DNA of 41,053 bases from the IMG/VR virus record IMGVR_UViG_3300019874_000010, positions 1 through 41,053 of that record; one strand, written 5' to 3'. This DNA is from a virus (Duplodnaviria > Caudoviricetes). The translations under genes and the position numbers were made by a program. This document shows, piece after piece, positions 1 to 7,366 of the stretch (positions are counted from its first letter, which is position 1; each line of letters begins with the position of its first letter). The notes under the pieces are model-generated. The model ran no database searches. It was not told the origin of the DNA and saw only the letters and a list, made by a program, of their open reading frames with translations.

Positions 1-134
1 CAACATTTTTGCTTATATAACTACTCATGTTCTATATCGTCTTCAGGTGGCGGTGCTACATCATCTAAGTTAAATATTATTTTAAGTATTGTATTTTCAG
101 CAATTTTTATAAACCTACAATCAAGCACAAACTG
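1..134. repeat. Terminal direct repeat (circular assembly overlap), copy 1
   Basis: 1-134 matches 40920-41053 except at positions 6 and 8; 9-134 is identical. The ORF ending at 21 and the primase start at 40947 run continuously across the junction. Confidence 0.95.
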
Positions 135-341
135 CTCTGATTGAAAATATATTACAGCACCTTCTCTCAGTCTTAATTTACCTGAGTATAAATCTCTTGC
201 GGCTCTTTCTATAATAGCTATCTTAAGTCTTACAATTCCCAAATCCTCTGCTATTAAATCACTGTTGTGTTTCAAGTAGCAACGTTCGGCTGTTGCTTCT
301 ATGTTTTCGAAGGCGTATCTAATCTTGTCGTTGAAGTCCAT
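21..341 (-). CDS. Hypothetical protein directly upstream of the primase (across the circular junction)
   Basis: 106-aa ORF; its stop region overlaps the primase ATG in the repeat copy. Confidence 0.6.
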   Translation of the reverse strand: MDFNDKIRYAFENIEATAERCYLKHNSDLIAEDLGIVRLKIAIIERAARDLYSGKLRLREGAVIYFQSEQFVLDCRFIKIAENTILKIIFNLDDVAPPPEDDIEHE

Positions 342-535
342 AGCTCATCCAAGTTGTAGTAGTCAAGTTCTTTTGTGGTTTCACCTATCGTGTAATAGAA
401 AATATAGCACATATCGTTGTATTTTTCAAGTATTTCCATAGCATCGGTTTTAAAATCAAGCCAGCGGCTACTAAACTCCCACGTTCTGTCGAACTCATCC
501 ACATACCAGATCACTACTTTAGTTCTAGGATGCAT
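299..535 (-). CDS. Hypothetical early protein
   Basis: Start moved from 547 to the ATG at 535, which follows a GGAGG RBS. Confidence 0.6.
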   Translation of the reverse strand: MHPRTKVVIWYVDEFDRTWEFSSRWLDFKTDAMEILEKYNDMCYIFYYTIGETTKELDYYNLDELWTSTTRLDTPSKT

Positions 536-681
536 ACTAGCCTCCATTTATTTTAGGCAATAGAACACTCAGAGAGCAATAGGTGCTCCTGATATTAATA
601 GTTACTATAACACAAAAACACATGTCTGTAGCTATTAAATAAGCAATAAAAAGTATTATCAGTGTAGCAATATTAGCCATT

Positions 682-843
682 GCCTAGAGCTGTCACGTCT
701 TACAGACGCTCTCAGTCGCACCTTCACTGTTTATCTAGTGACTAGCTTATTTCGTCACTAAGGGCCTGCTCTCCTGATGCCCACTTACTGTTTTCGATTG
801 TTATTTAGACACGTTAAGAAATGCTAGCAAACCATTCGTGTAT
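682..843 (-). ncRNA. Putative structured leader or ncRNA downstream of the leftward early promoter
   Basis: GC-enriched non-coding stretch with serial inverted repeats: 809-813/837-841, 762-765/779-782, TAGTGAC 736-742/754-760, 713-716/726-729 and 696-700/704-708. Confidence 0.5.
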
Positions 844-849
844 AATTTT

Positions 850-878
850 ATTATATTATATAAATTAATTATTGTCAA
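850..878 (-). promoter_or_regulatory. Consensus sigma70 promoter (leftward, replication arm)
   Basis: TTGACA (878-873), 17-bp spacer, TATAAT (855-850). Confidence 0.85.
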
Positions 879-896
879 CTATTTCGTTAATTTTAA

Positions 897-925
897 TTGA
901 CAATAGCTATAAAAGGATTTATTAT
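897..925 (+). promoter_or_regulatory. sigma70 promoter (rightward, RNA ligase island), divergent from the 850-878 promoter
   Basis: TTGACA (897-902), 17-bp spacer, TATTAT (920-925); AGGAG RBS before the GTG at 955. Confidence 0.75.
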
Positions 926-954
926 TAAAATAATTATTAGAAATAGGAGTTTTT

Positions 955-1443
955 GTGATAGAGTTTAAGAAATGGCCTAAAACACCTAGGTGGTATGACG
1001 AAGAATGGAGCATAACTGAGAAAATAGACGGTAGCAATGCCTGTGTTGTGATAGATGAGTTCGGAGCTATTGGTGCACAATCTAGAAATAATTTGATAAC
1101 GCCTGATAAAGATAATCTGGGATTTGCACAATGGGTGCAAGATAATAAAGTACAGTTATTACAACTAGGGCCAGGTCATCATTACGGTGAATGGTGGGGA
1201 AAAGGTATACAAAGAACATACGGATTAGATGAACGTAGATTTTCTTTATTCCGGCATAAAGGGGTTATTCCTGATTGTTGCTATAGAGTTCCTTCATTTG
1301 AAGCATCGTCTGTAGCTGAAGCCTACGAAGACTTAGTGAATAATGGAAGTAAAGCAGTCCCAGGATGGATGAAGCCTGAAGGGGTGGTGATGCGATCTAA
1401 GTTTTATTCTAAGATGTTTTATAAGATACTTATTGACAAATAA
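955..1443 (+). CDS. RNA ligase (compact Rnl2-like nucleotidyltransferase domain)
   Basis: Motif I TEKIDGSN, then QSRN, HYGEW, FSLF, PEGVV and a C-terminal YK, in the order expected for covalent nucleotidyltransferases. Confidence 0.8.
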   Translation: MIEFKKWPKTPRWYDEEWSITEKIDGSNACVVIDEFGAIGAQSRNNLITPDKDNLGFAQWVQDNKVQLLQLGPGHHYGEWWGKGIQRTYGLDERRFSLFRHKGVIPDCCYRVPSFEASSVAEAYEDLVNNGSKAVPGWMKPEGVVMRSKFYSKMFYKILIDK

Positions 1444-1589
1444 AGTACCACGATAGTATTAAAATTCATAGGAGATGTTACTACGTGATTTTACATATTG
1501 TTGGTATTATTTAATACTATATAAATATTGGTATCAAATGATACCCAACTAAAATGACCCATATCTATTAAGATATATTAGATGGCTAG

Positions 1590-1618
1590 TTGACAAATAA
1601 ATTATTGTGTGTTATACT
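1590..1618 (+). promoter_or_regulatory. sigma70 promoter with extended -10
   Basis: TTGACA (1590-1595), 17-bp spacer, TGnTATACT (-10 at 1613-1618); predicted start about 1625. Confidence 0.8.
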
Positions 1619-1624
1619 AAAATA

Positions 1625-1824
1625 TGTAGCTGCTATTTGGCTGAATGTTGTGTTCATGTCTACAGCTTACACAAAGGCAATTCACTAGGGATGATGCCCG
1701 CTACTGGAACCGGTAGAACTAGCCATCGACTAGAGTGAAGGTCCCCGAAGCTCTAGCCTAATGCTTCAAGCAAGACTAGGGGAAATTGAATATAATAAGC
1801 TATTGTATTCTGATTGCAGCTACA
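1625..1824 (+). ncRNA. Putative ~200-nt structured non-coding RNA of unknown family
   Basis: Begins at the predicted TSS. Terminal 9-bp helix TGTAGCTGC/GCAGCTACA, nested helices AGCTTA/TAAGCT and CAATT/AATTG, and internal hairpins. No credible ORF. Confidence 0.65.
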
Positions 1825-1843
1825 ACTAACAATAGGAATAGTA

Positions 1844-2002
1844 ATGGTAAATAGGGCTGTTATAGAAGAAATACTCGAAGACTTCTTCACCACTTATCAT
1901 ATGAATAAAGCTTATATGCCTTTCTTTGCGGAGTTATCTCGTAGAATATGGTTGGCTGCTGAAGGATGGAATGATGCTATAGACGGAGAAATTAATGAAT
2001 GA
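1844..2002 (+). CDS. Small hypothetical protein
   Basis: ATG at 1844 follows an AGGA RBS, in frame with the 1814 ORF; overlaps the next gene. Confidence 0.55.
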   Translation: MVNRAVIEEILEDFFTTYHMNKAYMPFFAELSRRIWLAAEGWNDAIDGEINE

Positions 2003-2645
2003 TGTTCGTATAGGAGAGCTTGCCGAAAAGTATGAAACCTCTGGCAGAGGCCCAGGATTTATATCAGACGGAGATAAATGGGATCCAGGCGGTGATAGTT
2101 ACGGTAGTTATCAACTAGCAACAACACCAGGAACACTAAAAGGTTATTTGAATTCTAATCAACCTTATGCTAATAAGTTGAAAGCGTTTACACCTAAGTC
2201 CGATGTATTTAATAGTCATTGGAAAGAAATAGCTAAACAAGATCCGCAAGGCTTCAAACAAGAACAATTTAATTATGTAGCTACAATAAGCTACAATCCG
2301 GCTAGAAAAGTAGCCGACAGTATGAATTGGCCTGACACATTAGCTGTGAATAGTGCATTATTCTCTATAGCCAATCAACACGGCGGATGGAAGAAAATAT
2401 TGTCTAAAGTAGGTATTTATAGTGATGAAGTTAATTTGTTGAGTAAGCTATATACAGCTAGAAAAGATTATATAAATTCTTTGTCGTCTCTTAGTGTTAA
2501 GCTTAAACAAAACTTAGTTAAGCAGAGGTGTACTAATGAGTTAGGGGATGTATTGAAATTAGTAGACAAAACAGGGCCAGACCCACATTTATCAAGTAGT
2601 TTGCAATACTGGGTGGATCGATTTGTTAAGCATTGGGAGAAATAA
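1995..2645 (+). CDS. Lysozyme-fold peptidoglycan hydrolase (VgrG3 C-terminal-like), probable endolysin
   Basis: N-terminal IGELAEKYETSGRGPGFIS...DPGGDSYGSYQLA matches the KYES..G...DxGGxSYGxYQ signature; later ALFSIANQHG and LYTAR. Confidence 0.75.
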   Translation: MNDVRIGELAEKYETSGRGPGFISDGDKWDPGGDSYGSYQLATTPGTLKGYLNSNQPYANKLKAFTPKSDVFNSHWKEIAKQDPQGFKQEQFNYVATISYNPARKVADSMNWPDTLAVNSALFSIANQHGGWKKILSKVGIYSDEVNLLSKLYTARKDYINSLSSLSVKLKQNLVKQRCTNELGDVLKLVDKTGPDPHLSSSLQYWVDRFVKHWEK

Positions 2646-2932
2646 TGTATTATTTGAATCGCACTATGTGTGCTGTATTAGATGAAATGCGGGACTTGAC
2701 AAAAGTGTTGCATGATAGTAATGTTAATTTATATGTACACATTATTAAGATGCTTATAGAGGAAGTGCAGGTGATGGGAAATAAGATGGAAGCTAAGTTA
2801 GCCGATATCAAAGACGTAGAAAATATGCAACAGCGTGCAAAAGAGTTAAGTAAAGAAATAAAAAATCTTATTAAAGAAAAGAAAAAATTAGGTGGTAAGG
2901 ACAATTTTAGGACAATCGATTTTGGTGGTTAA
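2645..2932 (+). CDS. Hypothetical coiled-coil protein
   Basis: TAATG overlap with the upstream gene, GGGAG RBS, heptad-like C-terminal half. Confidence 0.6.
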   Translation: MYYLNRTMCAVLDEMRDLTKVLHDSNVNLYVHIIKMLIEEVQVMGNKMEAKLADIKDVENMQQRAKELSKEIKNLIKEKKKLGGKDNFRTIDFGG

Positions 2933-2935
2933 TTT

Positions 2936-3015
2936 GGGGAAGATAAGGCGTAGCCGTATTGCAAAGCCGTAAGGAAGCAATATGTACCTGGGTTCGATTC
3001 CCAGCTTCTCCACCA
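2936..3015 (+). ncRNA. 80-nt tRNA-like RNA with tmRNA tRNA-like-domain architecture (Ala identity, no mRNA-like domain)
   Basis: Acceptor stem GGGGAAG/CTTCTCC with G3:U70, discriminator A and encoded CCA. T-arm CTGGG-TTCGATT-CCCAG. 12-nt D-loop-like segment containing GG. 8-bp helix CGTATTGC/GCAATATG, then a 3-nt linker TAC. Confidence 0.8.
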
Positions 3016-3076
3016 AACAATAATAAAAATAATATTTAATGACACGCCTTCAACGTGTCAAGTCATCCAGACATTT

Positions 3077-3101
3077 AGAGCCTTACGGCTCTTTTTTTTT
3101 T
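3077..3101 (+). terminator. Rho-independent terminator closing the plus-strand island
   Basis: AGAGCC-TTAC-GGCTCT hairpin followed by a T run, at the convergence with the late arm. Confidence 0.85.
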
Positions 3102-4296
3102 ATGGTAGTAACACTTTTAATTGATTTGGTGTTATGAATCCTGCTGCTGTTCTATCAACATTTACTGTATATACAGAATATTCGTTAAAATCTCCTACAG
3201 GCACATTATCTGCCCCAGCATCTCTATAGTACATATACCATCCGCCGTCTCTTAATGGGCCTATTCTTACAGCATCGCCAGATAGTGTTTTTACATCTAG
3301 TATACTAGCTCCATTTTGGTATTGTACAGGAACATTAATATCAAACGGATTGGGAATAAATCTCCCCATTAAATTATAGCCAACATTCACCAAGGCAGGT
3401 GTAATCGGACTCACCCATGCTAATTGTGTAACACCCATGTCTGTCCATTTAGCGCTAGGAGGAGATGTTATTGTACATGCAAAATCTGCTCCACTAGGCC
3501 CAGGGCAATCAGCTTGTACAACGTGAGCTACGTTAGGAGGTGCTCCAGGCCCTTGATACCATGTGTATGTGTAGTCTCCAGGGCTATCAAAAACAATACC
3601 AGCCTGATCAAAATAGGCATCACCGTAGCCTGAAGGATAGGCAGCTGGAAATGCAATCTTCACTGCAGCTATTGACTCTGTGACAGCTTGATACACTGTA
3701 GGTCCGTAAGCAACGGCTGGGCTTGATAATGACCAATACTTCCCGTTCTCCCATGTAGGATCAGCTCCAGGATCATAAGGACCACTGGCTGTTATAGGAG
3801 CAACAAATGCAAATGCTGCATCTAAGAAATGAGCCACAATTCCCCTACCATCGTCTGTTTGTAAACCTGTTAAGGCATTTAGCACCCATTGTGGAATAGG
3901 TGGAATCTTACTGTAGCTATCAGCAATATTTTGTAGAATACTAGCAGCATCATACCACCCGTCCCTGCTTGTATTATCTAGGCCGTTAATATCATCAGGT
4001 GATCCTTGTTTATTAGCTCCATCTGTCGGATCTTCACTTTGATTACTTCCTTCAGGATGCCCCGTGCTTTTATCACCAAATTTAGGTACAATACCATTGT
4101 TGTTTGGTTTCGTAGTTCCTATACTAGCTTTAGACGTACTTAGTGGCTTACCACCACCGTCACCATAAGCAATACCGCGAGTTCCTTGAATAGGGCTTTT
4201 ATCATCTTGCCCTTTTCCTTTTCGAAGTTCTTCTATTAATTGTATTAGTTTTTCGTATTTGCTTATACGTCTAATATCATCACCGTATTTAGACAA
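3100..4296 (-). CDS. Putative virion tail-tip or receptor-binding protein
   Basis: Last gene of the tail module; G/P/D-rich. Probable TTG start at 4296 after GGAGG. Confidence 0.5.
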   Translation of the reverse strand: MSKYGDDIRRISKYEKLIQLIEELRKGKGQDDKSPIQGTRGIAYGDGGGKPLSTSKASIGTTKPNNNGIVPKFGDKSTGHPEGSNQSEDPTDGANKQGSPDDINGLDNTSRDGWYDAASILQNIADSYSKIPPIPQWVLNALTGLQTDDGRGIVAHFLDAAFAFVAPITASGPYDPGADPTWENGKYWSLSSPAVAYGPTVYQAVTESIAAVKIAFPAAYPSGYGDAYFDQAGIVFDSPGDYTYTWYQGPGAPPNVAHVVQADCPGPSGADFACTITSPPSAKWTDMGVTQLAWVSPITPALVNVGYNLMGRFIPNPFDINVPVQYQNGASILDVKTLSGDAVRIGPLRDGGWYMYYRDAGADNVPVGDFNEYSVYTVNVDRTAAGFITPNQLKVLLP

Positions 4297-4396
4297 AACG
4301 ACCTCCAAGGATTGTTTGTGTGGCTTTATTTATATGTAGGGAATACTAACAGTAGGTAAACTAAAGATTGTTGCTTGTACGTCATTGATAGAGCTT

Positions 4397-6412
4397 TTAG
4401 CCATAACTCTCATAAACTGTACTATCTGTAGGTATATTTATGTTGTAATTAACCGTATTGTAATTAGTCTTGTTATCTCTAACTTCAGATGGAATAGCAG
4501 GTGTGTCTACAATGAAACTTTCTTGGTAGTTAGTACGTGTCCAATTATACACAGTACCACCATCAGCTCCAATTAACCCAGGAACAGACTGGTTTATCCG
4601 AATGTTACCAATATAGCCGTTCCAGTGTTCTGCTCCAAGTTGCCCAGGATCTAATCCTAAATGTGTTTCTAAAGATATTGAACCTTGCGGAGGACAATAA
4701 CTATCTAAGGGAGCCGATGGAATTGTTAGGGCGTTAGCTGATATTGTTCCTGTACCTCTATACTGAGCTAATGTAACATCTGTATAAGCATCACCACCTG
4801 TCCCTAAAGAACAATCACTAATACAAAGAGCGTGCAGTACACGTCTACATTTACCTTTACCACGTATCCATTTACCCGTTAATGCCACTGTGTGTTTTAA
4901 TTCCATCTCGGGCACTACAAATCTTTGAAAATTAATATGTGTATCTCTATGTGTCTTCAATATATCAGTGTACGCTTTGTTCATAGCTGTATTTATCATT
5001 TGATTGAATGTAGCTCTATCAGTCGATAGGTCGTAGAACAATGCACTAGATCCTGTAACAAGACGTCCCCCATCTGGACCCCCGCCTCTGCTTTGTGACC
5101 AATCTTGATATTGAGCAACATTAGTGTAACCATAATTAGAAGCTGTAGCTAAAGCCCCGTATAGTGCAACACTAGTCGGTGCTTGTATTGTTATGTTATA
5201 AAATTCTTTTATGTTTTGACTAAAGCGTAATGATCCATTCCATTGTGCATACATTGTAAATACATTAGTAGTGTCATCTACGTGCGTTTGTATTGTAGTT
5301 ACTAAAGGCTTTCCGCTATCATCTGTGACAGGATTGCCTTCAGGATCCGTAATTGGGGCGTTCATATATGCTGTTTCTATTGTACTCCAAGCCACCCATG
5401 ATCCATTACAAAGGTAGTTGCCTGATTTGAATTGCTGTCCAAAGAATATACTGTTATCATCAACAGTCCACCCAGCAGCATTTATAGCTGAACTTATAAG
5501 AGCTCTTGTGGGCGTAGATGGCCTATCTATAAGGAAAGGACAAATCCCGCCAGTACCATGTACAAAGTCTGCTGGACAGTAAGGGTGAAACCATGTATAG
5601 GCAGCTGAACGTTCATGTAAACGTTGGAAATCGTATGTTACAGATAAATTCACTGTATTGATTATCTTACCAGCACTTTCTATAGATAGTGTAGGAGCGC
5701 GTCTAAAAACATCACTACTAGTGTATAGGAAATCTGGACTAACTTTAGGTGTCCAGCTATTGAATGAATATTGATTATAACTATCAAAATCCATTGAGCC
5801 AGCTAATGTACTTATTCTAGCATTTATTCTATCGTAAACACTACTTAAATTACCTAATACAGTTTCGCTATAATAACCTATGTACGGTTCTAATGCTGAC
5901 AAGTTTTCTAATAAATCTCTTCTATCCGCTATGCAAGCTAATGTCAATTTCTCTTCAAACACATTCACTGTAGGAACATCTACAATACCAGTGAACACTT
6001 GTCGCCATACGTCGGTTTTAATCCATATTGTTACAGCAGAGCCTTGAAACGTGTATAAGTCATAAACATCTGGCTCTAATATCATAGTGAATTCGGCTGT
6101 GTGATTATCGTCTTCTTGTTTAACTACTTGAACACCACCAGTTAATATCCCTCTATCCACTGTCAATCCATCTAATGTGATGAGGACATCCCACCCATTA
6201 GCTTCATAGAACGTCACTGTAGTGAATACACGCTCTATTATTTTAGCAATATACAATAATGTAGGAGCTGCCTCAAATGTTATTTGTTTTTCTATAGATA
6301 GTAAAGTGCCTGAGAATACTATCTCTTCACTTATTGATTTTGTTATAGTTAATAATAGCGTTCCATCACCATTAATAACATCATCGTTTATTGCATAATC
6401 ATTTAGCAACAT
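4397..6412 (-). CDS. Putative tail tip or baseplate hub protein
   Basis: 671 aa, beta-rich; hub-like segments (VFTGIVDVPTVN, MELKHTVAL...GKGKCRRVLH); tail-module position. Confidence 0.6.
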   Translation of the reverse strand: MLLNDYAINDDVINGDGTLLLTITKSISEEIVFSGTLLSIEKQITFEAAPTLLYIAKIIERVFTTVTFYEANGWDVLITLDGLTVDRGILTGGVQVVKQEDDNHTAEFTMILEPDVYDLYTFQGSAVTIWIKTDVWRQVFTGIVDVPTVNVFEEKLTLACIADRRDLLENLSALEPYIGYYSETVLGNLSSVYDRINARISTLAGSMDFDSYNQYSFNSWTPKVSPDFLYTSSDVFRRAPTLSIESAGKIINTVNLSVTYDFQRLHERSAAYTWFHPYCPADFVHGTGGICPFLIDRPSTPTRALISSAINAAGWTVDDNSIFFGQQFKSGNYLCNGSWVAWSTIETAYMNAPITDPEGNPVTDDSGKPLVTTIQTHVDDTTNVFTMYAQWNGSLRFSQNIKEFYNITIQAPTSVALYGALATASNYGYTNVAQYQDWSQSRGGGPDGGRLVTGSSALFYDLSTDRATFNQMINTAMNKAYTDILKTHRDTHINFQRFVVPEMELKHTVALTGKWIRGKGKCRRVLHALCISDCSLGTGGDAYTDVTLAQYRGTGTISANALTIPSAPLDSYCPPQGSISLETHLGLDPGQLGAEHWNGYIGNIRINQSVPGLIGADGGTVYNWTRTNYQESFIVDTPAIPSEVRDNKTNYNTVNYNINIPTDSTVYESYG

Positions 6413-6725
6413 TGACTAATTTCGCACGTAATGTTTCAGCTTTATTATTAATTTCATTTATACGTTCTACATCATTCTCACGAATAGCTCGAATAGATGA
6501 AATATCTAAGTCATGTAATTGTTTTAGTACATCTAAATTTTGTAATTTGTATAGAACAGCTTTATCTTCTGCTACGAATACAGGTTGTAATTCAATCCAA
6601 TATGCTTTTAATTCATCCTCTGTAGGAGCTCTAGATGTATCTTCCCACTTTAAACTATCATATGTCTCGCCTACAGCCCAGTTAGTGTTAGGGAATTTAT
6701 TAACTAATATTCGTGAGATATCCAT
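6399..6725 (-). CDS. Putative tail fibre assembly protein (XkdW-like)
   Basis: W...YDSLKWED..RAPTEDEL pattern; follows the fibre genes. Confidence 0.55.
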   Translation of the reverse strand: MDISRILVNKFPNTNWAVGETYDSLKWEDTSRAPTEDELKAYWIELQPVFVAEDKAVLYKLQNLDVLKQLHDLDISSIRAIRENDVERINEINNKAETLRAKLVNVAK

Positions 6726-7357
6726 TAACCTTTCACCTCTTGTAATGTAATTGTACTAACACCTCTAGGAAATAAATTAGAGTCTGTGTCAGTCACACTT
6801 CTATTAATATACATTGTCTGTGCACCGCCATTACTTACGTTAGCAACTTGTATTTTATAAGTAGTTGCTGATGTAGTGGCTGGGCTGTCCAAGAATTGTA
6901 GAACACAACTATCAATACCGTATGTTTGTGATGTAATAATACCACCACCAACAGCAGTTCGACTGCTAACAGTTGTTCCAACACCTACAGCTGTAGCTGT
7001 TCTTACTATTTGAAACGATACGGGAATTGTGGAGCTGGAACCGGCTGCGCACATAGACACTGTTATAAGTATTTTATTTGAACTACTGGCAGGTGTTATA
7101 GCTTGAGACAAGCCTGTAATATCTTGCCACGGACTTGCACCTCCAGTGGAGGACACAGTGAACGATGTTGTTAAGCAAGTTGATAATGTTTGTAACATTG
7201 TACCTACAGCCATAACGGCACTAGTGCAATTAGACAGATTACCGCTAGCCGGAGTTCCTAGAGCAGGTGTAACCAAGGTAGGACTTGTAGCACCTACAAA
7301 CGTACCTGTACCCGTACTTCCTGTTAATGAGTTCCCTACTGCATTCTTTGTAGCCAT
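6725..7357 (-). CDS. Tail fibre-associated structural protein
   Basis: GTMLQT...WQDITGLSQAITPASSSNKILI...DSPATTSATTYKIQ...STITLQEV, a common phage fibre-tip domain pattern. Confidence 0.65.
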   Translation of the reverse strand: MATKNAVGNSLTGSTGTGTFVGATSPTLVTPALGTPASGNLSNCTSAVMAVGTMLQTLSTCLTTSFTVSSTGGASPWQDITGLSQAITPASSSNKILITVSMCAAGSSSTIPVSFQIVRTATAVGVGTTVSSRTAVGGGIITSQTYGIDSCVLQFLDSPATTSATTYKIQVANVSNGGAQTMYINRSVTDTDSNLFPRGVSTITLQEVKG

Positions 7358-7366
7358 ATTATTCTC

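Noticed and set aside
537-680. 47-aa hydrophobic ORF on the minus strand
   Set aside because: No RBS or recognisable motif; possible but not supportable.
715-782. SAM-I riboswitch on the minus strand (ATC..GAG..GGCCC..AAGGTGC)
   Set aside because: Lacks the GAGGGA and GCAAC elements and the P1 closure.
1475-1553. 25-aa aromatic ORF after a TTGACA at 1433
   Set aside because: GGAG abuts the ATG with no spacing and the -10 spacing is poor; unsupported.
1685-1722. Hammerhead ribozyme (ATGATG...GAAC around a three-way junction)
   Set aside because: The invariant CUGANGA and GAAA core sequences are not present.
2936-3015. Canonical tRNA-Ala(TGC), since ATTGCAA occurs at about the anticodon position
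   Set aside because: The flanks GCCGT and AGCCG cannot form an anticodon stem, there is no proper D-arm, and the TGC is buried in the better 8-bp helix.
2985-3015. attP remnant of a host tmRNA or tRNA 3' end, or a permuted two-piece tmRNA
   Set aside because: The matching 5' acceptor strand is present in normal order, and no integrase is recognisable.
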